Source of the DNA: Rebecca billardiae RCC1528
Taxonomy: Eukaryota > Protista > Haptophyta
DNA: 64,000 nt
Direction of reading: 5' to 3'
Assembly (NCBI GenBank): GCA_965240325.2
Contig: OZ251240.1
Span: 1,302,001-1,366,000 of the forward strand
Below are positions 1-11,010 of this stretch, piece after piece. Positions within the stretch are counted from its first letter, which is position 1; each line of letters opens with the position of its first letter. The notes under the pieces were generated by a model. The model made no database searches and was not told the DNA's origin. It saw only the letters and a list, made by a program, of their open reading frames with translations. Made by a program: the position numbers and the translations under genes.

Positions 1-278
1 GGGCGCGGGCGCCGGCGCTAGCGCCTCGGCGGGCATCGGCTCCGCCGCTGGTGCTGCGCGGACGTGGAGCCCACCTGTCGCAGAGCGCGTGTGCGCCTGT
101 GGATCCCCGGCGCGCAAGCGTTCTCGCCTGCCCGTGCAGTCCGGGAGCGACTCGAAACTCCGGCGCAGTCTTGACCGTTGGCGGCCTGGGAGCAGCGCGC
201 CGGCGCGCTCAAAGGGGCGAGCGGCAGGAAGGGCGCCGTCGCTCGGCGTGGCGGCGCTCGCGCGCATCGATCGACGCG

Positions 279-2136
279 ATGGTGCCGGGCGCGCAGCAGC
301 TCGTGGTCGAGGCGAGACGCCTCGCGCCCACCCCTCCGCCACTACACGCCGCCGCGCTGCCGCCCGACGTCGGCGCACGGCTGCGTGCGCTCAAGCGAGG
401 CTCGCAGCCGCCGCCGCACGCGCCGCCGCAGCCGCCGAGCCGCCCGCTCGCCGTGCGCACGAACACCCGAGTGGACGCGGCCACGGCGGCGGAGGAGCGC
501 GTGCGCGGCGCGGCGCTCGTCGCTCGCGCGCACGAGCTCGCCGATCGGCGCCGCGCCGACGAGCTCGCCGCCGCCGCCGTCGCGCGCGCGCGCGTCGCGG
601 CTGCGCGCCGCGTGCGCGCGGCAGCGTTCGAGGCGTGGGCGGCGCTCGCGGCGCCGCGGCTGCAGTGGGTCCGGTCCGGCGCGCAGCGCGACCGGTTGGT
701 GCTCGAGCGCGTCTTCGTCGGCTGGCGAGACGCGCACGCCGCGCGCCGCGCCGCCACGCTCGCCTATGCGCGCGCACTGCTGAAAGCGGTGCTCGGCGGC
801 TGGCGGCGCGCGGCGGGCGCGCAGCGCGCGCGGCGCGTGGGGCTGCGCTCTGCGGAGATGCGCACGCGCGTGCTCGGCTTCGTGTGTGCGCGGCTCTGCG
901 CGCAGGCGTGGCGCGGCTGGCTCGCGTACCACCGCCGTGCCGCCCGGCGATCGCACGGCCGCCGCGGCGGCGGCGGCGGCGCCTCGGCCGCCACCGCCGC
1001 CGCCGCCGCCGCCGCGGTTGCGGCCTCGTCGGGCGACGACTATAGCAGCAGTGGCGGCGGCGGCAGTGGCAGCAGCGGCGGCAGCAGCGAGGCGCGGGGG
1101 CCCGCGCGTGGCCGGCGGCGCGGCGACACGCGCGTCGCGCGCACCTACGCCGCCGTGCGCGGCGCGCGCCGCGCATTCGGTCGATGGGCGGCGGGCGGCG
1201 ACGGCAGCGGCGGCGGCGGCGCGCGCGCGGCGCCGCTGGCCGCGGCGGCGTGGGCGGCGCGCGCGTGCGCGACGGCGCTGCGAGCGTGGCTCGGCGCGGC
1301 GATCCGCGCGCGGCGCGCGTGCGGCGCGCGCACTCGCGCGCTCGCGCATGCCGCCGCGCGCGCGCCGCCGCTGCCGCCCGCTGCGCGAGCGCTGCGCGCG
1401 TGGGCGGCTGCGGGCGGCGCGCGGCGCGCGCGCACGCGCGGCGCGCGCGAGGTGGCGGCGCGGCGCGCTCGCGCGCACGGCCTCGCCACCTTTTTCGCCG
1501 CGCGCGCCGCGCGCGCCGCGCGCGCGCGCCTCGACGCCCGCGCGCGCGCGCGTGCCGCGCGCGCGGCGCGCGCGGTCGCCGCTCGCCTGTGGCGCGCGGC
1601 TGCGGCCGCGGCGCGCGGCCGCGCGGCGCGCGCGCGCACGGCGGCGGCGGCGGCGGCGACGGCTGCGGCGTGCGGCGCGCTGCGCGCGTGGCACGCTCGC
1701 GCACGCGACGTGGTGGGTGCGGCCGCCGCCGCCGCGCGCGTGCGCACGCACGTGCGCTCCGCGCGCGCGCGCGCGCTGGCGCGCGCGTGGGCGGCCGCGG
1801 CCGCGCGCGGCGCGGCCGCGCGCGAGGCGGCGGCGGTGCGCGCGGTCGCGGCCGCGGCACGCGGCGCGCGGCGCGCGGCGCTGTGGCGCGCGTGGCGCGG
1901 CGCGTTTGTGCTCGCGCGCGCCGAGTCGGACGCCGCGCGCCGCGGCGAAGCGCACTGGGCGGCGCGCGCCGCCGCCGCCGCGCTGCGCGCGGCCGCGGCC
2001 GGCGCGGCGTCGCGCGCGGCCGCGGCGGCGCGCGGCGCGTCGGCGCGCGCGGCGGCGCGTCGGCGCGCGCTCGCGCGCGCGGCGCTCGCGCTGCGCGCGA
2101 ACGTGGCGTGGCGCACGCTCTCGTACGCGAGCGCCT

Positions 2137-2168
<32 letters not shown>

Positions 2169-3518
2169 CTCCGCGCCCTCCGCGCGCACGCGGCGCGCGG
2201 CGCCGCGGCCGAGCGCGCGCGCCGCGCCGCGCGCCGCAGCCGCTATCGCGCGCTGCTGCGCTGGACTGCAGCTGCGTGGGTGGCGTACACGCTCGGCGCG
2301 CGCGGCGTGCACGCGACGGCGCGCGCGCGCGCGGCGCTCGCGATGCGCGCCCGCGCGGCCGGCGCGCTCGCCGACTGGCGCCGCGCCGCGCGCGGCGAAC
2401 TGCGCCGCGGCCGCGCGCGGCGCGCGGCCGCGGCCGCGGCCGCGGCCGCGGCGCGCGGCGCGCGCGGCGTGCGCGCGCTGGCGGCGGCGGTGGCGGCGGC
2501 GGCGGTGGCGGCAGAGGCGGCGGAGGCGGCGGGCGAGGCGATGCGAGCGGGGCGGCGTCGGCGCGCGCTCGACGCGTGGGCCGAGGCCGCGTGGCTCCGC
2601 GCCGAGCTCCGCGCCGCCGCCGCCGCCGCTGCCGCCGTCAAGGGCGCAGCCGTGCGTGCGCGGCGCGCGGCGCGCGCGTGGCCGCGGCTGGCGGCGGCGA
2701 CGGCGGCGGCGGCGGCGCGGCGCGGCGCACGGGCGCGCGCGTCGGCGGCGGTGCTCGCGCTGCGGCTCGCGCGCGCGCTCGCCGCCGCGCGCGCCGCGTG
2801 CGCCGCCCTCGCCGCCGCGCGCGCCGCCCTCGCCGCCGCCGGCGAGCGCGCGCGCCGGCGCGCGCTGCGCCGCGCCGCGGCCGCGCTCGCGCGCGCGCGC
2901 GGCGCGCGGCGCGCGGCGCGCTTCATTCGGGCCGCGGCGCGCGCGCACGCGGCGCGCGCGCTGGCGCGGCGCGTGTGGACGCTCGGGCTGCTCGCGCACA
3001 CGCGGCGCAAGCGCGCCAAGCGCCACGCCCTCGCCGGCGCCGCCGAGCGCTTCCGCGGCCGCGCCGTCACCGCCGCTGCACGGCAGTGGCTCGGCGCGGC
3101 CGCGCACGCGCGCGCGGCGCGCGTCGGCGCGGCCGCGGCGGCGGAGGGCGCGCGCGCGGCGCGCGCGATGGCGCTCGCGGCGGCGTGCGCGCGGCGGTGG
3201 CGGGACCGCGTGGCGGACGCGCGGGAGCAGCGCGCGCGTGCGCGGATGCGCTACCCGCGCGCGCTCGGCGGCGGCGTCGGCGCGGCGGCGGCGTCGGCGG
3301 CATCCGAGCGCGCGGCGGCTGCGCAGCGGCGCGGTGCGCGCGGCGGCCGCGGCGCGGCGGCCGCGGCGCGTGGCGCGCGACACGCGCACACACAGCACAC
3401 CGCTTCGCCCCTTGCGCGCGCGCGCGCCCGTGCGAAGGCGTGCTCACTCGCCGGCGCGCGCGCGTGCCCCGTCCCGGCCCGCCCGCGCCCCCCCGCGCCC
3501 GTGCCCGCAGGCTATGCC

Positions 3519-3568
<50 letters not shown>

Positions 3569-4490
3569 TGTGGCGTGTGCGTGCGGCGCGCTGACATTGC
3601 CTGCGCAGCCAGCGGGCGGCCCGGCGTGCGCGCACGCGTGCGCGCACGCGGGCGTGCCCGCCGACGTCGTCGAGTCGCTGCTCGCGCGGCCGTACGCCGT
3701 GCCACGCCGACAGCCACGGTGCGTGCGCGCACACGCGCGCGCATGCCCCGGCGCGCGCGCGCGCGCACGGCGGTGGCGCGCGCCGCGTGCGCACAGGGGT
3801 AGTGGCACGCCCCACGCCCGTTCGCGCGCGCGGTGCGCGCGGTGTGTGGGTTGGGGCCTGCGCGGGCTGCGACGCCACGCGCTCGCACTGCGCACACCGC
3901 GCGTGCTGCCGCCGCCGCCGCCACCGCTGCCACCGGCTGGGGCGGTGCGCCATGCGCGACGCGCGCCCGCACTGACGCCACCGCCCGCCCGCGCGCCGCG
4001 CACGCCGCGCGCGCCGTCCGCCTGTCGCGCCCCCGCGTCCCGCGCGCCCCGCCGGCGCGCCGCGCCGCCACACAGGCCGCTTCCGGACCTGCGCGCGCCG
4101 CCGATGCCGCCGCGCGCCGGCGCGACGAGCACGCGCGCCGTCGTTGGCGCGGCGCCGCACCCGCCGCCGGCTGCGAGCGCGGCGCGCGGCGGTGCCGGCG
4201 GCGAGGTTCGGCATGCGGCGGCACCGTTGCCGCCGCGGCGCGGCTCGGCGGCGGCTGCAGACGGCGAGCACTCTGCGGCCGAGGCGGCGGGCGGCGCGCC
4301 CCGCCCGGACTGGGTGGCGATGGAGGCGGCCGCGCTGCGCGGGCAGCTGGGCGCCCTGCTCGCCGAGGCCGAGGCGGAGGAGGCGGCGGGCACGCGCACG
4401 GCCGCGGCGGCGGCGCGCGCCGAGCAGCGCGCCGCGGCAACGGCCGCGCTGCTGGCGCGCGTGCAGCAGCTGCAGCAGCAGCAGCTATGA
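279..4490 (+). CDS. SFI1-like centrin-binding repeat protein (~1225 aa after splicing)
   Basis: Many Trp-centred basic helical repeats (AFEAWAALA, VFVGWRDAH, VLGGWRRAA, QAWRGWLAY, ALRAWLGA, LWRAWRGA, ALADWRRA, ALDAWAEA). The segment LLAHTRRKRAKRHALAGAAERFRGRAVTAAARQWL resembles the end of the SFI1 repeat region. First ATG at 279. Probable in-frame introns 3334-3510 and 3719-4075 (GTGCG...CAG). Confidence 0.6.
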
Positions 4491-6893
4491 CCGCCAGTGT
4501 CCAATCAAGAACAGAAGCCTGCTGGACCTGTATGCGTATATGACCGCGTTCCGCGGTCCTCTTCCGTCAGAACCAACGTAGTTGGGGGCCCGCGGTGCAG
4601 CTGTGCCACCCGCTCCGTCACCGCCACGGCACGGCGTCGCCCCGTCGCATATGCCACCTCGCTGCATCAGTCGCGCGGACTCTCGGCCACTCGCCGCTGG
4701 CCGCGCAGATCTGAGCCTTTATTGGCTTTCGTGTTAGGCGGCAGTCAGGCATCCGTCGTGCCCATCAGCGCCCGAGAGCTGGCTCTCAGTCACTGAGACT
4801 GAGTGAGTGAGAGCCGCCGCTCTAACTAACAGCGTGCGGTCCGAGCTCGCGCGCCAAACGCCCGCGGCCATGCGCCAGTCAAGCCGTCGAGACTCGAGAC
4901 AGCTCGGATGCGGCGGACGAGAGCAAAATCCATCACAGCTCGGCCATGGACGGCGCGAGCGAGGGCTTGGGCGAGCGAGATGGCCGTGGTGGCTGCTCCA
5001 CATCCCGACAAAACGTCCAAGACTACCCGCTCGCACCACGCCAACTGGATCAGGCGAAGGCTCCGCACTGCAGATCAGGCTCGGCGCCAGACGGCTGAGC
5101 CGGAACGTCCTCGCGAGGCCCCGCGCTTCAACACGCCGAGAATTCAGCTGCGCGGCGTGCGGCGTGGCTTGCGCGGGCGCGCGCATGGTCAGCTGGAAAC
5201 ACAGCGAGAAACTCGCCTCGCCCCCACGCGCCACGCGCATTCGCACCCATAATGATAATATCACACGCGAGGAGCATCGTCCGATGAGTGAAGCTACTCG
5301 GCAGCTTCATTGGCACCGGTGAGTCAGCTCACGGCTGCGCAGTCAATGAACGATGAACTCGAGGGACACCCGATGCTGCTGTCGCCTGCGGAGTAGGCCT
5401 GGATTCACGCGTTAGGATGCCCCGCGGTCTCGAGTATGTGTACTCGAGTATGTACACGAGGGCGCCTCAGCGCGCCCTCGCGCCCCGCCGCCGAGCGCGC
5501 GCTGCTCGGCACCATGCAGCGCTAGCTGGGCATGCGCCTGCCTGCGTGGCCAGGCCACGATGCTCATCGCCCCCGCGCGCATGGCGCACGTGCGCCCGGG
5601 GGCACGCGCCCGCGGGGGCGCTGCGTACGACGACTACTTCGAGACGACGGCTGACGACGCGTGGCACCGCGACCACCGCGGTGGCGCGCGCGCGTCGACG
5701 CCAGACGGTGCGTCGAGCTTCCGCTCGGCGATGGAGGCCTGTTTCAATTCTACGTGAGCCCAACGGCGACATCAGCCAAAACGCGGTAAAATGGCGGCTT
5801 CAGCCCACTTGTGCGGGTGCCGGCGGTGGTGCAGAGTAGTGGCGGCCCCGCGGCACGTCGTTGGCACATCCTCGTACTCAGACGCTGAGCTGTGGCGAAA
5901 GACGTTGCCAAGACATGCTGCTTCCACTTGCCGAGGTGCTTCGCCTTGACACAGGGGTAACTTGCGGCGCACGTGCGCGACGGCGAGCCGCGGCGTGAAG
6001 GCGGCAGCGGCGGGCCCGCTGCAAGCTGCAAGCACTTTGTGCTGGCTGCGTTTAGCCCGTGCCATGTGACGACCAAGACCGGTTGATAGAAAGCTAGTCT
6101 GCCATCGAAACCAGCTCTACACGCTCCGCCGCCACTACCTTGTCGAGCTTGAGATGCTTCCGTTGCGTGTGCTCGCATGCAGCCTGCCGCCTGCATTTGA
6201 ACGTGATCGCGGCAGGTCGGCTGGCCGGATTGTCACGCCTCCTCGGCGTAGACTACGACACGATGCGTGCCACACGCACCCATGACACGCCGAAAGGCGT
6301 ATGCACGCGTCTTCGCGCATCTGGCAGGCTGCAGTCTTGGCCAAATTGATGAGAACAAGCCTGCATCAAGCGCTCGCGGCGCAGGCGCGAGCGCGCGGAG
6401 AGTTCTGGGATGACCCATGGTGCCTTGCTCGGGGACGCAACTCCTCCTCAACGGCTGCGAGCGGCGACACCGGAGCTAGATCGCTGCACTCAGCACTCCT
6501 CGCTGAGTGCAGCGTGACCCTCGGAGTCGTGCGTCTCGGCTTCCCGCCGGAGCCTTTGCGTCCCCGAGCGGGGCGTGACACCGATTCCCACTGGCGGGCA
6601 CGGGTTTGTCGCCGTGACATAGTAAATGGAATCAGGTAGAAATAAAACAGGCCTGGAGTGATGGGCGACTACGAGGGGGGGGGGGACGACGGCGAGGAGC
6701 GCTGATCCTGGTGTTTGTCTCTGCTGCTCGATCTGCTGCTACAGCTTGCTTACTCTGACGCTTGCCCGTTGCATACCACGTCGTTAATATATATATTATT
6801 ATTCGGTATCGTCGTCATGTGACATGTCTGATGTCAGTGCCGATTGACTCAGATTGACAGCGGCTCAGCTGCAAGCTCAACGGCTGCTGATCG

Positions 6894-6919
6894 ATGATGA
6901 TGATGATCATCATCATCAT
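6894..6919. repeat. Perfect 26-bp palindrome (ATG)n(ATC)n inside an AT-rich island (~6780-7110)
   Basis: atgatgatgatgatcatcatcatcat equals its own reverse complement; the surrounding DNA carries TA runs. Confidence 0.9.
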
Positions 6920-8114
6920 ATTTAATAACAATGCTAATATATATATATATTCAATATCCAATATATCCAATATATATATTATTGCGCGCGTAATATGTGA
7001 TGCTGTAGCTAATAATGTAAATGCGGCACCCGTATATCCAGGCTTCCAGTCTCTGCAGTGCATGCAGCCAGTGGCAGTGCTGCTGTAATAAGTAGTAGTG
7101 TAATATAACTGCATGTGCACGCGGTCATCACCACTACTGCCACTCACCAGTCACTAGTCAGCATGTCGTGATATTATTACGCGGCGGCGCGGACATCATC
7201 GCATCATCATTGCGCGCGCCGTGGGGCACGTGTCGGACGAGGCAGAGGGCCAGAGGGCTGCGACGCGCCTTTGGCGGAGCTTCGCGCCTCGCTCGGGGCC
7301 GCCTCGGGCTCGGCGACAGCGCCTTCGGCCCTGACCTCGCGCTGCCACTGTATGGCTCGGATAGCCTGGTCATGGTGGCTGGTGACGACCTCGGCCGCGG
7401 GCCAGTCAGCCAGCTTCCTCATCAGCAGTCTTATTAAAGTCTGTCGTCTTATTCACTCAGTCATGGTGGCGCGTCTCAAGAACTGCATCAAGCGTGCAAG
7501 CAAATGATTTGCCCGAGTCTCCCGCGCCGCCCGGTGAACGTCAGCCTCACCGACCCCACCACCAAGGCCGGCGCCGCAGGCTATAAGTATAAGGTCCCGT
7601 CGGGCTGATTCGGCTGCTCGGCACTCGCGGCCCGCCTTGGGCGCCGTCGGCACGCAAAGCTGCCCACGCGCCAGAAGTCGTCGCGCCGCTCGCCCCAGGC
7701 CTCGTCGAAGCGCACGTCACTACGATCGTGATGGAGATGCGCTACGTGACCCTGAGCGTCACCGACACGTGCACGGCTGAGCTGCTCGCTGCCGCCTACT
7801 TCAACACGCGCTGGACGTCTGGTGGCTGCTGCCGCCGTTGCGGAGGCATGCGAGCGGCGAGCGCACCATGTTCGGCAGCCCGCATGGCGAGTTCGCGTCG
7901 TACGCCGCACGCCTCGGCGCGGCGGGCGCGCACGCGGCAGCGCGCTCCGATGCGCCTGGGAGACGCATGATTCGCCGAACGCGTCACGGGTCATAACTCA
8001 TAATTCGCGTATTCGCCGCGATTCCGCGACGAATAAATTCGCGCGCCGATTCGCCGAGACGGGCAGACGGCGACGAATCGCTTGCGCCAGCGGCAGCCAT
8101 CTCACCCAGGAGCA

Positions 8115-9110
8115 ATGGGTGCTTGCTGGCCGAACACACCCACCTCGAGGCGGACAGCACTGCTGATTGCTGCAGCGCATCTTCAGCACGTGCAGCCGCT
8201 GGCGACGATGACTGTTGGCTCAGCCGACCGCCTCCGTGCAGACGTGGATCAACTCTGTGAAGGCGGGTGCAAATGGGTAGGCAACCCATACACAGACAGG
8301 CTTGAGCCAGCGCAGCCGTACCAGGAAATAGGCGTGAAGGACTTCATGCGAGGGCTCGCCAAGGCCAACGTGACGCTACGCACGGACTCCATCGTCTTCG
8401 AGCACGGTTCTGATATCACTGGGAAGGTTGGGCTGAAAATTCAGCGGATGACGGGCGCAACGTACGTTGGCATGAATTGCGATCCTTTCCACCTTCAGCA
8501 CAGCCCGTACCCGGAGTCGCTCAAGTATGGGAACAACGCAACCAAGTACGTCAAGACCGATTGCAGGAGCCTGCCCTTCAAGTCGGGTGTCTTTTCGGCT
8601 GCCATGAGCCACAATGTCCTCGAGCACGCGGGCGACCCGCTCGCGTACGTGGAAGAAACGCACCGCGTGTTGGCTCCAGGGGCAGTGGCGTTCCTCGAGT
8701 GGTGTCCCGTATGGAACAGCCCCCAGGGACACCACCTGCATCCTGACATGGTTCAACAATGGGCTCAAGGGCTGGGGTGCCCAGCCGGCACACACACGCA
8801 CTACGTATCGCCGTACGACAAGAAAGCAACCATCCCCGCCTACGCCCACCTTCAGTGGACCCGCCGCCAAATGGTCGACTTTCTGGAGCGTCATTTTGCA
8901 CGGGCGGGCACCCCTTGCCCACGGCTGGCCAAGCAAATGGCCGATTACGCATACGGCTCAGTCGACCTGAACAGATGGACATTGCACCAGGTTGCACTGG
9001 CTTTGAGATCCTTGCGTTGGGCGCGGGTCCTCGAGGCACCTGCCCACGGGGAGTATCATAAGACACTTCGCATCAGAAGCTGCAAGGCCAAGTACCTCCT
9101 CATCAAGTAG
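8115..9110 (+). CDS. Class I SAM-dependent methyltransferase (Methyltransf_11-like), intronless
   Basis: Degenerate motif I (IVFEHGSD), DCRSLPFKSGVFSAAMSHNVLEH and EETHRVLAPGAVA, plus PVWNSPQGHH and DLNR segments. First ATG at 8115. Confidence 0.85.
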   Translation: MGACWPNTPTSRRTALLIAAAHLQHVQPLATMTVGSADRLRADVDQLCEGGCKWVGNPYTDRLEPAQPYQEIGVKDFMRGLAKANVTLRTDSIVFEHGSDITGKVGLKIQRMTGATYVGMNCDPFHLQHSPYPESLKYGNNATKYVKTDCRSLPFKSGVFSAAMSHNVLEHAGDPLAYVEETHRVLAPGAVAFLEWCPVWNSPQGHHLHPDMVQQWAQGLGCPAGTHTHYVSPYDKKATIPAYAHLQWTRRQMVDFLERHFARAGTPCPRLAKQMADYAYGSVDLNRWTLHQVALALRSLRWARVLEAPAHGEYHKTLRIRSCKAKYLLIK

Positions 9111-9714
9111 GCAGCAACGTAGCAGCAGCAGTGTGCACCGCTGCACTCGCGGCTCTAGTGGCGGGCTGTCTAGCCGTTCCATGGATCGGCGCCCGGCACC
9201 GCCGTCTCAGCGGTCCCGCGCCGCCCGTCGTCGCGGCGGACGGGGCGGTAACTTTTCACGCGGCCACGGTTGAGACTGAGAGTCGGACCTGAGTTGCCAG
9301 TTGGGACTTGCCGCGTTGCGATGGGGCCCTCACGCCAGGCCGCACTCCGCAGCGCCCTTACAGTGTCCGCGCAATCCGAGTTCTCGTAACTACACGTACG
9401 AGCTCAGACATCGTCCGTCCGCGGACCGAATTGGCTCGGAGCGGCTCAAAGACTGAGTGTGTGGGCGGCCGGAGGAGGGACGCAGTGACCGACTCAAGAG
9501 CTCGCGGGGCCGCGCAGAGGCCGATGGCGCGCTGGCGTCCCAACGCAGCGTGCAGAGGTGCATTCGCTGCCAGGCTTGGCCATCCCTCAGGGTCGTTGTT
9601 CAAGAGGGGCAAACGCACACATCCCCGGCCGCCATGCTGACAAGACCGCGCGCTGCCGCCCAGGACGGTCGGCGGCCTGCACTCGGCGGGCGCGCGCGGG
9701 CGTGGGCGGAGAGC

Positions 9715-10664
9715 ATGGGGAACGAGGCGTCGAAGGGCGCGCCGCCCCCTCCGCCGCAGGAGGAGGTCGAGGGGCCGCCCAACCCCGTCCTGATGGACGA
9801 ATACATGAAGGGCCCCGCCGATTCGAATCTGCTTGACGAGCCGACGCGCGCGGCGCTCGCCGCGCGCGTGCAGACCGATCTGCGGCGCACGTGGCGGCTG
9901 GTGTTCAACTCGGGCAAAAACGGGCAGTCGTTCAACCGCTTCCTCAAGCACGTGTGCGGCAAGGGCCCGACCATCCTCGCCGTCCGCGACGGCAGCGGTA
10001 ACGTCTTCGGCGCCTTTGCCCCCGAGTCATGGACGGTCGGCCCGCAGTTCCACGGCGGCTTTGGTGCGCGCGCGCGCGCGCGCACGCGGGCGGGCGGGCG
10101 GTTGGGCGCGGTGCATGCGCAAACCTCGCCCGCTCCGGTGCCGCCGCCGCCGCGCGCGCGGCGCCCCGCTCGGATGCTTCCCATTTGTCTTTTCCCCCTC
10201 AAAACAATTCCTCGGCAGGCTGCTTCCTGTTCAACGCGCAGCCGACGCTGGCGATCCACGGCGCTTCCGGTGAGAACCGAAACTTCCAGTACGTCAACGA
10301 GGGGTGCGAGGCGCTGCCGAACGGGTGCGCGCTGGGCGGCACCCTCGAGCCGTACCCGTACTTCGGCCTCTGGCTGTACGAGGACTTCGAGCGGGGCGAG
10401 TCGTCCGGACTCTGCACGACTTTCGAGTCCGGACTTTTCGAGAAGAAGACGAAATTCGAAATTGTCGAGGTGGAGGTGTGGGCGCTGCGCGAGCCGCGGA
10501 GAGCGGAGGACGGGTACGAGGAGGACGTGGAGGACCTCACGAAGAGCCGGAACGTCGTCCAGCGCAACCGCGAGACCGCAGACTTCCTCGCCCTCGCCGG
10601 CCGCGAGATGATTTCAGACTCGCTGGGGCCCGAGCCGACCGGCGACGAGCGCGAGCAGTCTTAG
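9715..10664 (+). CDS. TLDc-domain protein (MEAK7/TLDC1-like), probably N-myristoylated, 264 aa
   Basis: Exons 9715-10063 and 10219-10664. WRLVFNSGKNGQSFNRF, GPTILAVRD, VFGAFAPESW, CFLF, FGLWL, CTTF, EVEVW. N-terminus MGNEASK. Confidence 0.9.
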
Positions 10665-11010
10665 AGCCGCAGCCTCCTGCAGCCCTGCTGAGGTTTCCCG
10701 CGGCGCCGGGCGGTTGTGCGCGCCGGTGCAGGGGCTGGCCAGGGACGAGCCCGTGGGCATCGCGAGGGGCGCGCGACGGTCGCTCGGAGACTGGGAGTTC
10801 GACGGAGCCAGAGGCCGCGCGAGGCTCAGAGGAAACCACGACTGAAACCCGCGGGGAAACCCGCGATTTGTTTTTCTGTCGACAGAAACAAATGCGAGCG
10901 GAATAAATCAATAAACAATTCACCGGGACTTTGAGACTTTTCACTTTCCCCTTGCTTGAGTGGTGGGCGTTAGTAGCCATCGTGGACCGAGCCGATCGCG
11001 GCGGTGCGGT

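Noticed and set aside
342-3802. Multiple long overlapping or antisense ORFs (also 30435-32753, 46983-50276, 56506-59284)
   Set aside because: Expected shadow ORFs in very GC-rich, stop-poor DNA; R/A/P-rich with no motifs.
6815-7147. Short Ile/Tyr/Asn-rich ORFs on both strands
   Set aside because: Translations of microsatellite-like AT-rich DNA.
6821-7167. Possible inverted ends gacatgtctga / tcagcatgtc around the AT island
   Set aside because: Only ~10 bp with an indel and no TSD.
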